Shown: positions 10,615 to 21,480, numbered from the stretch's first letter. The stretch: DNA of 64,000 nt from Deltaproteobacteria bacterium (GCA_040218735.1 JAVJQW010000007.1:217714-281713); one strand, 5' to 3'. Notes: generated from the letters alone by a model not told the origin. Numbers and translations: made by a program.

Positions 10615-12060
10615 ATGAAGCGCTCGGGGACCGCGGCGTTGGCCGCCCTCTCGATGGCGTGGGGGGCGACGGCGTTCGCGAAACCCATCGCGCCATCCCT
10701 CGTCTGCACCCAGTACCCGGAGGCTCCGGTGTGTATCGGCGGCCAGCCGGCCTGCACGTTCTGCCACACCACGCCGCCCGCGAGGAACGCGTTCGGCGCG
10801 CAGGTCGAGGCCGAGCTGCTCCCGGACACGGAGCGCCCGCTCTCGGACGCGGACTTCTCGACGGGGCTGCCCGCCGCGCTCGCGACGGTCGAGGCGAAGG
10901 ACGCCGACGGCGACACCTACACGAACCTCGACGAGCTCCTCGCCGGCACTTACCCCGCCGACAAGGACAGCGTGCCCGCGGCCGACGGGTGCCCGACGTC
11001 GAGCGACGCGAACGGCGGCTACGACGTCTGCAACTACGACGCGCGTTACGTCTACAAGAAGCTCCACCTCGACTTCTGCGGGACGACGGTCGCCTACGAT
11101 CGACTGAAGGCGTTCGAAGTCCTCGAGGACAAGGACGCCGAGATCCAGGACGCGCTCGGTCGTTGCCTCGACAGCGAGCACTGGCGCGGACAGGACGGCG
11201 TGCTCTACCGACTCGCGCACAAGAAGATCCGCCCCGCGCAGTCGATCAAGTCGGGCGCCGGCGCGGGTGACCTCCCGCTCGCCGACTACGACGACGACTA
11301 CTACTTGTTCGTCTACACCCAGACCGACGACCGCGACGCACGCGAGCTGCTCACCGCGCAGTACTTCGTCGAAGCCGAGGCGGGGCCGCCCACGGTCTAC
11401 CGCACCTACCAGCGCACGCCGTTCCAGGATCTTCAGCAGCGCGGCGCGCAGGTCGCGCAGCTCGTCGACGCGGATCGCCGCGCCGGGATGCTCACAACGC
11501 GCTGGAACCTGATGTTCAACACGATGTTCACGCCCATCCCCCGCACCACCGCCGCGCAGGCGTACCGCGCGTACCTCGGCCTCGACATCGCGCGCATGGA
11601 GGGCCTCGAAGACGTGCCCAACGAACCCGCGGACTACGATCAGAAGGGTGTGCAGGCGGAGGCTTGCCGGCGCTGCCACGCGACGCTCGACCCGCTGACC
11701 TACCCCTTCACGCGGTACTCCGGCTTCAACGGCGGCACGCCGTTCTCGTACGCGCCGAACCGCATGAACAACATGGCGAACGGCCGCAACGATCCGCTGC
11801 GCGACACGCCCGAGGCGGGGGTGCTCTTCGGCCAGCAGGTCGACGACTTGGTGCAGTGGGCGAACGTCGCCGCCAACAGCGATCAGTTCGCGAAGGCGAC
11901 GGTGCTCGACTACTGGCAGCTCCTCCTCGGCGAGCCTCCGCGCCCGACCGAGCAGGAAGCCTTCGATCGCCTCTGGCGCAACCTCGAGACCGAACACGAC
12001 TACAGCGTGGAGCGAATGCTCCGCGAGCTCGTGACCACGGAGGCCTACGGTGTCCCGTAA
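10615..12060 (+). CDS. Exported di-heme c-type cytochrome-like protein (DUF1588/DUF1585-like C-terminal region)
   Basis: Signal peptide (AFA-KP), CTFCH and CRRCH heme motifs, DADGDTYTNLDE Ca-type loop, CHATLDPL. Confidence 0.65.
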   Translation: MKRSGTAALAALSMAWGATAFAKPIAPSLVCTQYPEAPVCIGGQPACTFCHTTPPARNAFGAQVEAELLPDTERPLSDADFSTGLPAALATVEAKDADGDTYTNLDELLAGTYPADKDSVPAADGCPTSSDANGGYDVCNYDARYVYKKLHLDFCGTTVAYDRLKAFEVLEDKDAEIQDALGRCLDSEHWRGQDGVLYRLAHKKIRPAQSIKSGAGAGDLPLADYDDDYYLFVYTQTDDRDARELLTAQYFVEAEAGPPTVYRTYQRTPFQDLQQRGAQVAQLVDADRRAGMLTTRWNLMFNTMFTPIPRTTAAQAYRAYLGLDIARMEGLEDVPNEPADYDQKGVQAEACRRCHATLDPLTYPFTRYSGFNGGTPFSYAPNRMNNMANGRNDPLRDTPEAGVLFGQQVDDLVQWANVAANSDQFAKATVLDYWQLLLGEPPRPTEQEAFDRLWRNLETEHDYSVERMLRELVTTEAYGVP

Positions 12061-12727
12061 TCTGACCCTCGCACTGCTCTTGTTCTCGGCCGGGTGCATG
12101 GCCGACGCCGTGACGCCCGCGGACGAACCGCCGGACACGACGCCACCGACCACGATGCCGCCGCCGACGAACAACCCGCCGGTCGACACCATCGTGCCGT
12201 CGAACAACGCGCGCGTGCGGTTCAAGGGCGGACAGCGTTTCGCCGCCGCGCTCGCGTCGGGGCTCGAGCTCGCGCCCGCCGAGGTGTGCCAGGAGCTCGG
12301 GCAGTACGACTGCGTCGACGCCGTGCACAACATCGCGCTCGGTGGGATCGAGCCGTACCGGAACGGCATCCTCGAGCCGCTGCCCGAGACGACGGTGACC
12401 ACGCCGATCGCCGCGGACCGCGTCGCGCTCGCCGCGTGCACCACGCGCGCCGAGAAGGACTTCGCCGACCTCCCGAACGCGAAGATCTTCGCGGGGCTCA
12501 CGGTCGCGGAGGGGGCGTTGGCCGACGTCGACGACGCTTCCGTCGAAGCGGTGGTCCAGCGCCTCTACCAGCGGCTCGTCACGCGGGACGCCACGACCGA
12601 AGAGGTCGAGGCGCTCCGTGGGCTCTACCGCGAGATGGCGGCGACGCCGACCGCGGACCTCGCCGAAGCGTGGGCGGCCGTCAGCTGCTACGCGATCGCT
12701 TCCACCATGGAAGCGCTGTTCTACTGA
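12050..12727 (+). CDS. Hypothetical lipoprotein
   Basis: Lipobox SAGC, Pro/Thr linker, 4 further Cys; overlaps the upstream gene. Confidence 0.7.
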   Translation: MSRNLTLALLLFSAGCMADAVTPADEPPDTTPPTTMPPPTNNPPVDTIVPSNNARVRFKGGQRFAAALASGLELAPAEVCQELGQYDCVDAVHNIALGGIEPYRNGILEPLPETTVTTPIAADRVALAACTTRAEKDFADLPNAKIFAGLTVAEGALADVDDASVEAVVQRLYQRLVTRDATTEEVEALRGLYREMAATPTADLAEAWAAVSCYAIASTMEALFY

Positions 12728-12740
12728 AGGGAACGAATCG

Positions 12741-14243
12741 ATGTCCAAGCTGAACCTAGACCGACGCAACTTCCTCCGCGGCATGGGTTACGTCGCCGCC
12801 GGTACGGCGCTCGGCCTCCCGGGGCGCGCGGGGGCCCAAGCGCGCCCCGAGGACGCACGTTTCCTCGTCGTGCTCACCGCGAGCGGTGGCGCCTCGCTGA
12901 TCGACAGCTTCCTCGCGATCCGCGCGTCGGAGTCGTCGAACGCTTCGACGATCAACACGTACGAGGACAGTCGCGTGCAGTCGATTGCGGACTCGCCGTT
13001 CAGGGCGATCGACTCGCAGGGGAGTGACCTCGGTGCGCTCCCCGCGCCCTACACCGCTAACCAGTCGGACTTCGTGCGCAAACACAAGGACGACATGATG
13101 GTCGTGACGTGCACGGGCACCAGCGTGAACCACGCGGTTGCGCAGAAGCGCGCGATCACCGGCAACGAAGCGTGGGCCGGGCGGACGCTGCAGGAAGTGA
13201 ACGCGATGCAGTACGGCGAGTCGTTCCTGCTGCCGAACGTCGTGATGGCGACGGGCACCGCGTACATCGATCCGGGCACCGACGGTTCGCTCCCGTCGTA
13301 CTGCTCCGGCGAGCCGGTCGCGCAGCCCGCGCTGTGGCCGCTGTCGTTGCACGGGACGCGCGGGGTGAAGGGCCCCAACGCGGACTTCGTGAAGATGGCG
13401 CGGCGGGTTCGCGACGAGCAGCTCGACCCGCGCTCGAAGTTCGCGCGGGTGTTCGACAAGAGCCCGGCGCTCTCGCGTTGGCGTCAGCAGCGCCTGGCGA
13501 CGCAGGGCCTCGAGACCAGCGACCTGATCACGAAGTTGATGCTGTTCGAGGACTCGGAGCGCTACCCGCTCTCGGCGCACGGCCTGATGGAGTCGTCGAG
13601 CGGGCGCCTCGTCCGGGAGCGGTTCCCGAACTTCGATCAGGATCCGCTGGAGGCGCAGGCGGCGCTCGCGTTCCTTCTCCTGAAGAATCGCGTGAGTGTC
13701 AGCGTCACGCTCGGCACCAGCTTCAACGCGGTCCTCGCGGACGGCGCTTCCCTCGGGGGCGGCGGGCTGCAGGAAGGTGACTTGATCAACCCGCCGATCG
13801 GGTTCGACTTCTCACACCAGGCGCACCGCGCCACGCAGGCGATGATGTGGAGCCGCGTCCTCGCTGCGGCCGACGGGTTGATCGAGCTGCTGAAGGCCGA
13901 GGAATTCGCGGACGGCCAGAGCTTCTGGGACCGCACGTTGCTCTACGTCGCGACGGACTTCGGCCGCGACAAGGTGCGGCCCTCGGGCTCGGAGGACTTC
14001 GGCACGTCGCACCACCTCAACAACGGCTTCTTGCTCGTGTCGCCGCTGGTGAACGGCAACACCGTGCTCGGCGGCGTCGACCCCGACACCGGGCTCACGT
14101 ACGGCTTCGACCCCGTGACCGGCGCACCCGCGCCCGGGAGCGAGATGGCGGAGGCGCAGATCTACGCCGGTATCGCGGGCGCGCTCGGCGTCGATACCAC
14201 CGGCTCCGGCCTACCGAACGTCCCCGCCATGTCGCGGGGGTGA
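12741..14243 (+). CDS. Tat-exported DUF1501/DUF1552-like protein
   Basis: DRRNFL twin-arginine signal; FDFSH, ATDFGR and C-terminal GG.D..TG motifs; SD GAAGGGA. Confidence 0.75.
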   Translation: MSKLNLDRRNFLRGMGYVAAGTALGLPGRAGAQARPEDARFLVVLTASGGASLIDSFLAIRASESSNASTINTYEDSRVQSIADSPFRAIDSQGSDLGALPAPYTANQSDFVRKHKDDMMVVTCTGTSVNHAVAQKRAITGNEAWAGRTLQEVNAMQYGESFLLPNVVMATGTAYIDPGTDGSLPSYCSGEPVAQPALWPLSLHGTRGVKGPNADFVKMARRVRDEQLDPRSKFARVFDKSPALSRWRQQRLATQGLETSDLITKLMLFEDSERYPLSAHGLMESSSGRLVRERFPNFDQDPLEAQAALAFLLLKNRVSVSVTLGTSFNAVLADGASLGGGGLQEGDLINPPIGFDFSHQAHRATQAMMWSRVLAAADGLIELLKAEEFADGQSFWDRTLLYVATDFGRDKVRPSGSEDFGTSHHLNNGFLLVSPLVNGNTVLGGVDPDTGLTYGFDPVTGAPAPGSEMAEAQIYAGIAGALGVDTTGSGLPNVPAMSRG

Positions 14244-14244
14244 C

Positions 14245-17200
14245 CTACTCGCGAATCACCAGGCGGTGGAACTGCGACGTGTTCGGCTCGCGGTAGATGA
14301 ACGTGGTCCCGATGGGGAGCACGGTGGCGCTCCGTTCGTCGATCGCCGGGAGCCCGGTGCGCGCGATGCGTTCGCGTTCGAGGTCCACGAGCGTCGCGCC
14401 GCCGGCGGCCTGTCGGAGCACCCAGCGGGTGTTGAGCGACGGGACCCCGAACTCGGGGAGGGACGGGCTTCCGATGGCGCGGGTCGGGCCGCTCACGATG
14501 GGGATCGCCGTGACGGCGGAGAGCCCGACGCCTCCGCACAGGTTGTAGACGTGCGACGGCCGCCCGAGGAAGCTCAACAGCTGTCCCGGGACCGCGCCGC
14601 ACGGGGTCGCATCGTTGAGCGTCCCGAACGGCGAGACATACGTGCCGTCCGGGATGGCGTCGTTGCCGACGTTCATCTTGGCGATGCCGCCCGGTGCGCC
14701 CTGCGAACGGGCGTTGATGACGAGGTTGGCGCCCTCGAACGCCACGCCGCCCGTGAACAGACGCTGGCTCTGCGGGCCGAGGACTTCGCAAGTCGCGTTG
14801 TCGAAGTCGACCCGGAGGATCCCGGCCGACGCGCCCATGAGATCCGCCGCCGACGGGTTCACCGAATAGAGGTAGCGGCCGTCGAGGCTCATCGTCGGGA
14901 TCTCGTTGGGGATGCTGCGAGCCGCGGTGCACGTCCCGCGCACCGTGAGCGTCGGGAGACTCACCAAGAAGATCGTCTGGTCCGTCGCGTTGAGCGCTGG
15001 CCCGAACACCAACGCGCCGCGCGAGGTGCGTGACCCGACGATGCCCTCGGCGGTCCCGAGGCTGAGGGGCTGCGTCGACATCATCGTCAGGTTCGGATCG
15101 AGCTGCACGATCTCCGTGTTCGTGAGCGCGATGACACTGCCGGTGTCGAGGTTCGCGATGCCGGGGAGGTAGCTCCCCGTCGCGGCGAACGTGTTCGAAT
15201 TCAGCTCCAGCACCGCGAGGCGCTCCAAGGAGACGTAGTCCGGCGTCGCGTCCGAGAACCCGAGCGTCACCGGGCCCGGATCGATCCCGGCGGGGACCAC
15301 GACGGTGACGAGACCGTTCGCCGCTGACGTCGGCGCTGCGTTCGCGCCGCCCGTGAACGTGACCTCGTCGACCGCGCCCAGGTTCACGCCCGCGATGGTC
15401 ACGGTGTCGCCGGCCATCGCCGGGTTCGGCGTGAAGTCGATGACCGCCGGTTGGCCGTTTTCGATGCGGAGCGGGAACGGTGACTCGGCGTCGCCGGCGG
15501 GGTGCAGCACGGTGACGCGTCCGGTGCTGGCGCCGGTGAGGGGGACCATCACGGACAGCGCGGTGTCGCTCTGCTCGATCGGTGTGACCGGCCCGGCCGA
15601 ACCGAAGAACTGCACCGTCGGCGTCGCCTGCCCGGCGCGCACCGAGAACCCGCGACCGAGGATCGTCGTCACCTCGCCGGGGGGCACCGGGTCGAGCGTG
15701 AAGCCGACGATCTGCGGCCCCTGGAGGATGCCCAGCTCGGTGACGCTCGTGCCGGTTCCGTTCGCGGTGGTGATGCTGATGAGTCCGGTCGATGCGGCGG
15801 GCGTGGGGCGGAAACAGATCACCTCCAGGCCGCGGCCCGCGGCGATCGAGTCGATCTGGGATGGGCAGCTCGCATCGACGTTGGCCGCGACGTCACCCAC
15901 CGCGACCTGGGCGTTGGCGCCGAAGTCCTCGCCGTAGACCGCGACGAGATCGTCCGGGAGCACGGCACGCGGCGCGAAGTCCACGATCGTGGGCGGCGCG
16001 AGGAACGTGAAGGACTCGTCGCTCATGGCGGGGTCTCGGAGCCCGGAGTAGATCAGGAGCCGCCCGGAGCTCGCGCGTGCGGGGACACGCACTCGGATCT
16101 CGGTGTTCGTCGCTCCGAGCGCCACCGCCGGGCTGCCGCCGAAGACGACGAGGTTGACGCGCGGATCGGGCTCGAAGTCTCGCCCGGTGATCGTGATGGT
16201 CGCCCCGACGGTCCCTTCCAGCGGCGTGAACCCGCTCACCGTAGGCGCGGCCGTCGACGTCATCGCGACGTTCTCACACGCGTCGCCGACGCCGTTGCCG
16301 TTGCTGTCGAGTTGGTCGTTCGCGATCGACGGGCAGTTGTCGTCGCCGTCGTTCACGCCGTCGCCGTCCGAGTCGGGGTCGAGCGGGTCCGTGAGTGCGT
16401 TGTCGGCGCCGAGGCTCAGCTCCTCGGCGTCCGAGACGCCGTCGCCGTCGCGGTCGGGATCGAGCTCGTCGGGGATGCCGTCGTCGTCCGTGTCGAGGCA
16501 GTACGCCGGGTCGTCCGGGTAGTCGTCGGTGCCGTCGCCGTCGATGCAGCCGTCGCCGTCGCGGTCCGGGTCCATGGCGTTCGGGATGCCGTCGCCGTCG
16601 AGGTCGTCGGGGTCGAAGCGGATCAGGTAGCCGTCGAGCAGCCCGATCACCACGTCGGGGAGGACCGCGACGCCGGGGACGTCGGCGGTGCCGTAACCTT
16701 CCGCCTCGAAGCGCACGCGGTACGCGCCGACGGCGAGGCCGCTGACCGTGTAGTTGCCGGTCGCGTCGGTGGTCGCCGAGCCGGCCTCTTCGCCGGTGGT
16801 CTCATCGAGCCAGCGCACGGTGATGCCGGCGTGGTTGGGGGCCATCAGCCGGACCTGGTCCGCCTTGCGCGCGCGGCCGGTGACGTCCTGCGCGGGGGTC
16901 GGTCCGGCCTGCAGGACGATCGGGCGCACCGTCGTCTCGGTGCCCGGCGTGATCGAGACGCCCGAAACCACCGCCGGGACGTACCCGGGTAGGAAGGCGA
17001 CGACGTCGACGGTGCCCTGCGGGAGGCGCGTGACGAGGAACGTGCCGTCGGTCTGCGCCACGGCCTTGAACGAGGTCTGCGCGAGCACGACGGAGGCGCC
17101 GCTCGCGGGTCGAGGGGTGCCGCTGGCCTCTTCGATCGTGCTGACCCGGCCGACGAGCGCGCCGTCGCCGAGGAGGCGAACGTCGCCGAGCCCGACGTCT

Positions 17201-17568
17201 TGTCCGGGTGCGAGGATGCGGATCGGATCGAGCACCCGTCCGAGCTCGGGCTCGCCGATGCGGCCGCGCTTCTTGAATTCGATCTTCACCTTGTCGAGCG
17301 GGAGCCGCGCGAGTTGGAAGCGACCTTCGTTGTTGGACGCGACGGAGGCGGAGGTGCCGAGCGCGCGCACCTGGACGTTGACGCTGCCGACGAGGTCTTC
17401 GGAGACGAGGTCGCGTTCGACGACGCGACCCGACACGAAGCCTCCCTCACCCGGGCCAGGGATCGAGTCGACGCTGCGGATGCAGCCGGTGGAGCCGAGG
17501 ATCAGGAACGCCGCGCACCAACCTCGCATACGCGCGAAGAGTGCCACGGAAGACGAAGTGCTCGCCAC
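14245..17568 (-). CDS. Large surface lipoprotein/adhesin: carboxypeptidase-regulatory-like Ig domains, thrombospondin type 3 Ca-binding repeats, about 4 IPT/TIG domains, C-terminal beta-rich domain
   Basis: Lipobox STGC (alternative start ATG 17529); DxDGDG repeats and DNCP..AN.DQ.D.NGNGVGDAC; P.I..F.P..G..VTI.G..F repeats. Confidence 0.8.
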   Translation of the reverse strand: MASTSSSVALFARMRGWCAAFLILGSTGCIRSVDSIPGPGEGGFVSGRVVERDLVSEDLVGSVNVQVRALGTSASVASNNEGRFQLARLPLDKVKIEFKKRGRIGEPELGRVLDPIRILAPGQDVGLGDVRLLGDGALVGRVSTIEEASGTPRPASGASVVLAQTSFKAVAQTDGTFLVTRLPQGTVDVVAFLPGYVPAVVSGVSITPGTETTVRPIVLQAGPTPAQDVTGRARKADQVRLMAPNHAGITVRWLDETTGEEAGSATTDATGNYTVSGLAVGAYRVRFEAEGYGTADVPGVAVLPDVVIGLLDGYLIRFDPDDLDGDGIPNAMDPDRDGDGCIDGDGTDDYPDDPAYCLDTDDDGIPDELDPDRDGDGVSDAEELSLGADNALTDPLDPDSDGDGVNDGDDNCPSIANDQLDSNGNGVGDACENVAMTSTAAPTVSGFTPLEGTVGATITITGRDFEPDPRVNLVVFGGSPAVALGATNTEIRVRVPARASSGRLLIYSGLRDPAMSDESFTFLAPPTIVDFAPRAVLPDDLVAVYGEDFGANAQVAVGDVAANVDASCPSQIDSIAAGRGLEVICFRPTPAASTGLISITTANGTGTSVTELGILQGPQIVGFTLDPVPPGEVTTILGRGFSVRAGQATPTVQFFGSAGPVTPIEQSDTALSVMVPLTGASTGRVTVLHPAGDAESPFPLRIENGQPAVIDFTPNPAMAGDTVTIAGVNLGAVDEVTFTGGANAAPTSAANGLVTVVVPAGIDPGPVTLGFSDATPDYVSLERLAVLELNSNTFAATGSYLPGIANLDTGSVIALTNTEIVQLDPNLTMMSTQPLSLGTAEGIVGSRTSRGALVFGPALNATDQTIFLVSLPTLTVRGTCTAARSIPNEIPTMSLDGRYLYSVNPSAADLMGASAGILRVDFDNATCEVLGPQSQRLFTGGVAFEGANLVINARSQGAPGGIAKMNVGNDAIPDGTYVSPFGTLNDATPCGAVPGQLLSFLGRPSHVYNLCGGVGLSAVTAIPIVSGPTRAIGSPSLPEFGVPSLNTRWVLRQAAGGATLVDLERERIARTGLPAIDERSATVLPIGTTFIYREPNTSQFHRLVIRE

Positions 17569-17574
17569 AAAGCG

Positions 17575-18183
17575 TCAGGGGCGACGCATGACGAACTCGA
17601 TCTCTTCGAATCCGCCGACGTAGTAACACCACAGCCGCGAGCACACGAGCGGAGAGAGGTTCGCCGCGCGGTCGATCACCGCGCCCGCGAAGCGGCCGAC
17701 GTCGTAGAGCGGTCGCGGCAGCACGGTCTTCTTGAGGTAGGGCTGTGCGAACCAGCGCAGCCGGACGCTCTCGCAGATGAAGTGCGTGCCGGTGAAGCCG
17801 CCGGGGAACGCGGGGTCGAAGTAGTACGGGAACGTCGCGTCGAAGCCGCGTTTGTGCTCGGGGTGTGAGAAGCCCCGCGAGAAGTGCGGGACGCGGAGCA
17901 CGAGGGTCCCGCCCGGCGCGAGGAGCCGGTGGATTTCGGCCATCACTTCGAAGACCTGCGGGAGGTGCTCGAGGACGTGGTCCGCCTCGATGCGTTCGAA
18001 CGTGCTGTCCTCGAACGGGTAGGGCAGCGCGGTGAGGTCGTGGATGACGTCGACGCCCGGCGCGGCGGCCCAGTCGACGTTGACGAAGCCTTCCTTCGGG
18101 AACCGGCCGCAGCCGAGGTTCAGCTGCCGGGGCGTCGGCGGGTTGCGGATCGCGTGCACGTTGTTGGCCTGACCCGTCGACAT
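17575..18183 (-). CDS. Class I SAM-dependent methyltransferase (type often found in glycan loci)
   Basis: LNLGCG, HVLEHL, RLLAPGG. Confidence 0.85.
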   Translation of the reverse strand: MSTGQANNVHAIRNPPTPRQLNLGCGRFPKEGFVNVDWAAAPGVDVIHDLTALPYPFEDSTFERIEADHVLEHLPQVFEVMAEIHRLLAPGGTLVLRVPHFSRGFSHPEHKRGFDATFPYYFDPAFPGGFTGTHFICESVRLRWFAQPYLKKTVLPRPLYDVGRFAGAVIDRAANLSPLVCSRLWCYYVGGFEEIEFVMRRP

Positions 18184-18245
18184 GACGTCGTGGACGTATC
18201 AGGCGGGGCGCGGGGGCTCAACTGTCGAGACGCGCGCCGCTCGAA

Positions 18246-19013
18246 TCAGAGCATCTCGCGGCGCGAGAGGACCGCCGCCGAGATGGCGACGAGCACGACG
18301 ACCCACAAGACCCCGTAGACACCCGCGGCGACGAGGTCCGTGCGGGGGATGGCGAGGTCGTAAATGGCGGCGTCGCGGAAGTTGAAGCGACTGAACGCCG
18401 GGAGCACCAACGCGACGACCTTGGCGCCGGACTGGACGATCGGCTCGGCCTTGGCCGTGAGGCGCACGAGGTCGTCGGCGCTCGCCGCCGCCAGCCAGAA
18501 GCCGAGGCCGAGGCCCGCCGAGAGCGTAGGCGTGGAGAACGTGGACAGCAGCATCCCGAACGCGCCGAGCACACACGCCTCGGGAACGATGGCGAGCAGC
18601 GCAACGATGTCCTGGCTCCGCAGCTCGCCCTTCTTCTGCGAGAGCAGCACGAGGACGAACACCAAGACGAACCCCGCGAGCGCGAGACACAGCGCGGCGA
18701 CCAAGCCGAGGTAGCGACCGATCACGTACTCCGTTCGACTCACGGGACGCGTGAGCACGATGAACAGCGTCTTGCGATCGATCTCCGAGTGCACGAGCGC
18801 GACCGAGACGAGCAGCGCGATGAGGTCCACGGCGATCGCCGTCCCGGAGAGCCCGATGCTGCGCACGACGCGCGCCGGCTCGCCGAAGGTGATGTTCGCC
18901 ATGACCATCGACAGGAGCACCATGCCCACGCCGAAGATGCCGATGTTGAAGTAGAGCCGCTGCCGGATCGTCTGCCGCAGCGTGTTGGTGGCGATGGCGA
19001 GGATGGCGTTCAT
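18246..19013 (-). CDS. pilI: ABC transporter permease, Myxococcus PilI-like
   Basis: MNAILAIATNTLRQTIRQR; EIDRKT...TRPVSR.EY..G.YLG; about 6 TM segments; ATGA overlap with the ATPase gene. Confidence 0.75.
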   Translation of the reverse strand: MNAILAIATNTLRQTIRQRLYFNIGIFGVGMVLLSMVMANITFGEPARVVRSIGLSGTAIAVDLIALLVSVALVHSEIDRKTLFIVLTRPVSRTEYVIGRYLGLVAALCLALAGFVLVFVLVLLSQKKGELRSQDIVALLAIVPEACVLGAFGMLLSTFSTPTLSAGLGLGFWLAAASADDLVRLTAKAEPIVQSGAKVVALVLPAFSRFNFRDAAIYDLAIPRTDLVAAGVYGVLWVVVLVAISAAVLSRREML

Positions 19014-19963
19014 GCCGCCGTGCCTCCTTCGTTCTTCTTCTCGAGCGAACGCACGAAGATCGTCTCGAGGTCGTCGCGGTGGGGCTCGAACCGCCGCAGG
19101 GTTGCGCCGGCCGCGGTGGCCTTCGCGAGGAAGGCTGTCGCTTCGTCGTGGGACGAGAGGTCGATGCGGTGGGCGCCCTCGAACGCCGCGAGCGTCGGGA
19201 AGTCGGTCGAGAGTTGCTTGGCGTTGTCCTCGGAGAGGCCGTCCACGACCACCACGACCCCGCGCGTCGTCTCGTCGAGGATCTCGCTGAGCCGCCCGGT
19301 GCGGATGGTGACCCCTTTGTTGATGATCGAGACGCGGTCCGCGGTCATCTCGACGTCCGGCAGGATGTGCGTCGAGTAGAAGATCGTCTTGCCTTCGTTC
19401 CTCAGCTCGAGGAGCAGCTCGCGGATCTCCTTGCGGCCGATCGGGTCGAGGCCGGTCATCGGTTCGTCGAGGATGAGGAGGTCGGGGTCCGCGACGAGCG
19501 ACTGCGCGAGCCCGGCGCGTTGGAGCATGCCCTTCGAGTAGCCACGGAGGCGGCGCTTCATCGCGTGCGCGAGGCCGACCCGGTCGAGGAGCTGCTCGGC
19601 GCGCGCCGTGGCGTCCGACTTCGACATGCCCGACAGGCGGCCGAACCAGGTCACCATCTCCAGCCCCGTGAGGTAGTCGTAGAAGGTCGGGTGCTCCGGC
19701 ATGTAGCCGACGCGTTTCTTCCACGCGCTCCCCTGCGGTGACTCACCCCAGATGTGAATCTCCCCGCCGGACGGACGGACCAGCCCGAGCAGCGCCTTGA
19801 TGGTGGTCGTCTTGCCGGCGCCGTTGGGGCCGAGGAAGCCGAAGATCTCACCGAGGTTCACCTCGAAGTCGATCTTCTTGGCGGCCTCACTCACCTTGCG
19901 GCTCAGCCCGACGTGAAAGGTCTTCCGAAAGTCATGGACGGCGATCGGAGGTGCCTTGGGCAT
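19010..19963 (-). CDS. pilH: ABC transporter ATP-binding protein, Myxococcus PilH-like
   Basis: GPNGAGKTT, YSKGM, ILDEP, STH; located downstream of the pilins. Confidence 0.8.
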   Translation of the reverse strand: MPKAPPIAVHDFRKTFHVGLSRKVSEAAKKIDFEVNLGEIFGFLGPNGAGKTTTIKALLGLVRPSGGEIHIWGESPQGSAWKKRVGYMPEHPTFYDYLTGLEMVTWFGRLSGMSKSDATARAEQLLDRVGLAHAMKRRLRGYSKGMLQRAGLAQSLVADPDLLILDEPMTGLDPIGRKEIRELLLELRNEGKTIFYSTHILPDVEMTADRVSIINKGVTIRTGRLSEILDETTRGVVVVVDGLSEDNAKQLSTDFPTLAAFEGAHRIDLSSHDEATAFLAKATAAGATLRRFEPHRDDLETIFVRSLEKKNEGGTAA

Positions 19964-20864
19964 CGTTGAACCTCTTCTTTGCGATCTCTCTCATCATTCC
20001 AACGCGCTCGGCGGCTTCGGCCTCGCGCTTGAAGACCAACTCGGACCGACTCACGCACTTCCCCTCGTCGAACTCCATCGGTGAGTCCAAAAGGTCGATG
20101 GGGGGCTCGTCGATGTACCCCTTCTCCTGAAGCTCACCGGGGGTGGCCGGGTGACGGCCCTGCTCCGCGACGAACTTCTCGCAGGCCTCGTCGTAGCGGC
20201 GGAACCGGTACTCGCTGCGCATGACGTCGAGGCGGATCTTGGCGTCCGACTGCTGGTTCGGCGGGAGCAGCGGGATCATCTCCACCAACATCTGCTCGGC
20301 GCTGGTCTCGTTGCCCGCGTGGAAGAGCGCGCGTGAGGCGAGCGCCGCCGTGTACTTCGGCGCGCCCGGGATCAGCGACGCCTCCTTCCAGAACTTGGCC
20401 GCGCGGACGGCGTCGCCGTGGCCGAAGTAGGCGTTGTAGGCGATCAGGAACGGGAACCGCGCCACGTCGGGGAGCGCCTTGCGGCCGCGCAGGAGGACGC
20501 GGTCGGAGGCTTTGAAGTCGAAGAGCTCGGAGGACAGCAGGAGCGCCGCCGCCCAGTAGATCAACTCGTAACGAGGATCGAGATCGGTGGCGACGTACGT
20601 GTTCTGCTCCACACGCACCGGATCGGCGTCGAAGGTGCGCATGATGTCGCCGAGCATGCCGAGCCAGATGACGTCGGCGACGCCGTTGCCGTGCTCGACG
20701 GACAGCAAGTCCAGCGCGACCGGCCCCGGGGACTCGATGACCGAGGTCTCCAGCTGACCCTTCGTCTGTTGGGCGTAGGCGCGTTCGAGGACGGTGTTGC
20801 GGAGGCCGATCGTGCCCGCGAAGGCGACGACCGCGATGACGAGGGGGGCGAGTACGTCGCTCAG
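19932..20864 (-). CDS. pilG: PilG-like pilus accessory protein (N-terminal membrane anchor, TPR-like)
   Basis: DLDPRY, RFPF..AYNAYF..D...AA and PGAP motifs; position between pilin and ABC genes. Start uncertain, possibly CTG overlapping the pilin stop. Confidence 0.6.
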   Translation of the reverse strand: MSDVLAPLVIAVVAFAGTIGLRNTVLERAYAQQTKGQLETSVIESPGPVALDLLSVEHGNGVADVIWLGMLGDIMRTFDADPVRVEQNTYVATDLDPRYELIYWAAALLLSSELFDFKASDRVLLRGRKALPDVARFPFLIAYNAYFGHGDAVRAAKFWKEASLIPGAPKYTAALASRALFHAGNETSAEQMLVEMIPLLPPNQQSDAKIRLDVMRSEYRFRRYDEACEKFVAEQGRHPATPGELQEKGYIDEPPIDLLDSPMEFDEGKCVSRSELVFKREAEAAERVGMMREIAKKRFNDAQGTSDRRP

Positions 20865-21421
20865 TAGAGCGCCGCCGACACCCGAATCAGTTCGAACGTG
20901 ATCGTGCACGGTGTTCCCGTCAGCGGACTCACGAGCCCGCTTCCCGTCAAAGCATGATCTGTACAGAAGAGCCACTCCGAGGGCTGACCGTCACCATCGA
21001 GATCACCGACGGCGGAGCACGTGAAGTCGCTCACCTGACCTCCGCCCGCGACGCGGGCGGTACATTGATAAGAATGGTAGACCTGGAGGTACGCCGGTAT
21101 GAGCTCGAATCCCTCCATGGTGATCGCAACGCCGCACGGGATGAACGGATTCGCCGGCGGGTTGCGCGTCCACTGACGACGCTGGGTCGATGGGACGCCG
21201 AGTGGCATCTGCTCCGTCGAAGCGAAGCAGTCGTGCCGCGCCCAGAACGCCATCTCCTGAGACCGCGCCATCCCCGTGATGAGCAGCGCCTCGGTTTGAC
21301 GGGCGCGGATCTGGTAGCGCAGGTAGCTGGGGACCGCGATGGCGGCGAGGATGCCCAAGATTGCGACCGTGATCATCAGCTCGATGAGCGTGAAACCGCG
21401 TCGATTCATCTTCGGGCCCAT
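20861..21421 (-). CDS. Second type IV pilin (prepilin)
   Basis: [25 protein letters not shown] class III signal; DLDGDG; 6 Cys. Confidence 0.9.
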   Translation of the reverse strand: MGPKMNRRGFTLIELMITVAILGILAAIAVPSYLRYQIRARQTEALLITGMARSQEMAFWARHDCFASTEQMPLGVPSTQRRQWTRNPPANPFIPCGVAITMEGFELIPAYLQVYHSYQCTARVAGGGQVSDFTCSAVGDLDGDGQPSEWLFCTDHALTGSGLVSPLTGTPCTITFELIRVSAALY

Positions 21422-21444
21422 GATTGATGATTCTAGAACTTAAA

Positions 21445-21480
21445 TGACAAACGCGCGAGCCCCCGGGGGAGGCTCGCGCG
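21445..21480 (-). terminator. Rho-independent terminator/attenuator between pilA and the second pilin
   Basis: Perfect 10-bp stem CGCGCGAGCC/GGCTCGCGCG followed on the minus strand by TTTGTCATTT. Confidence 0.7.
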
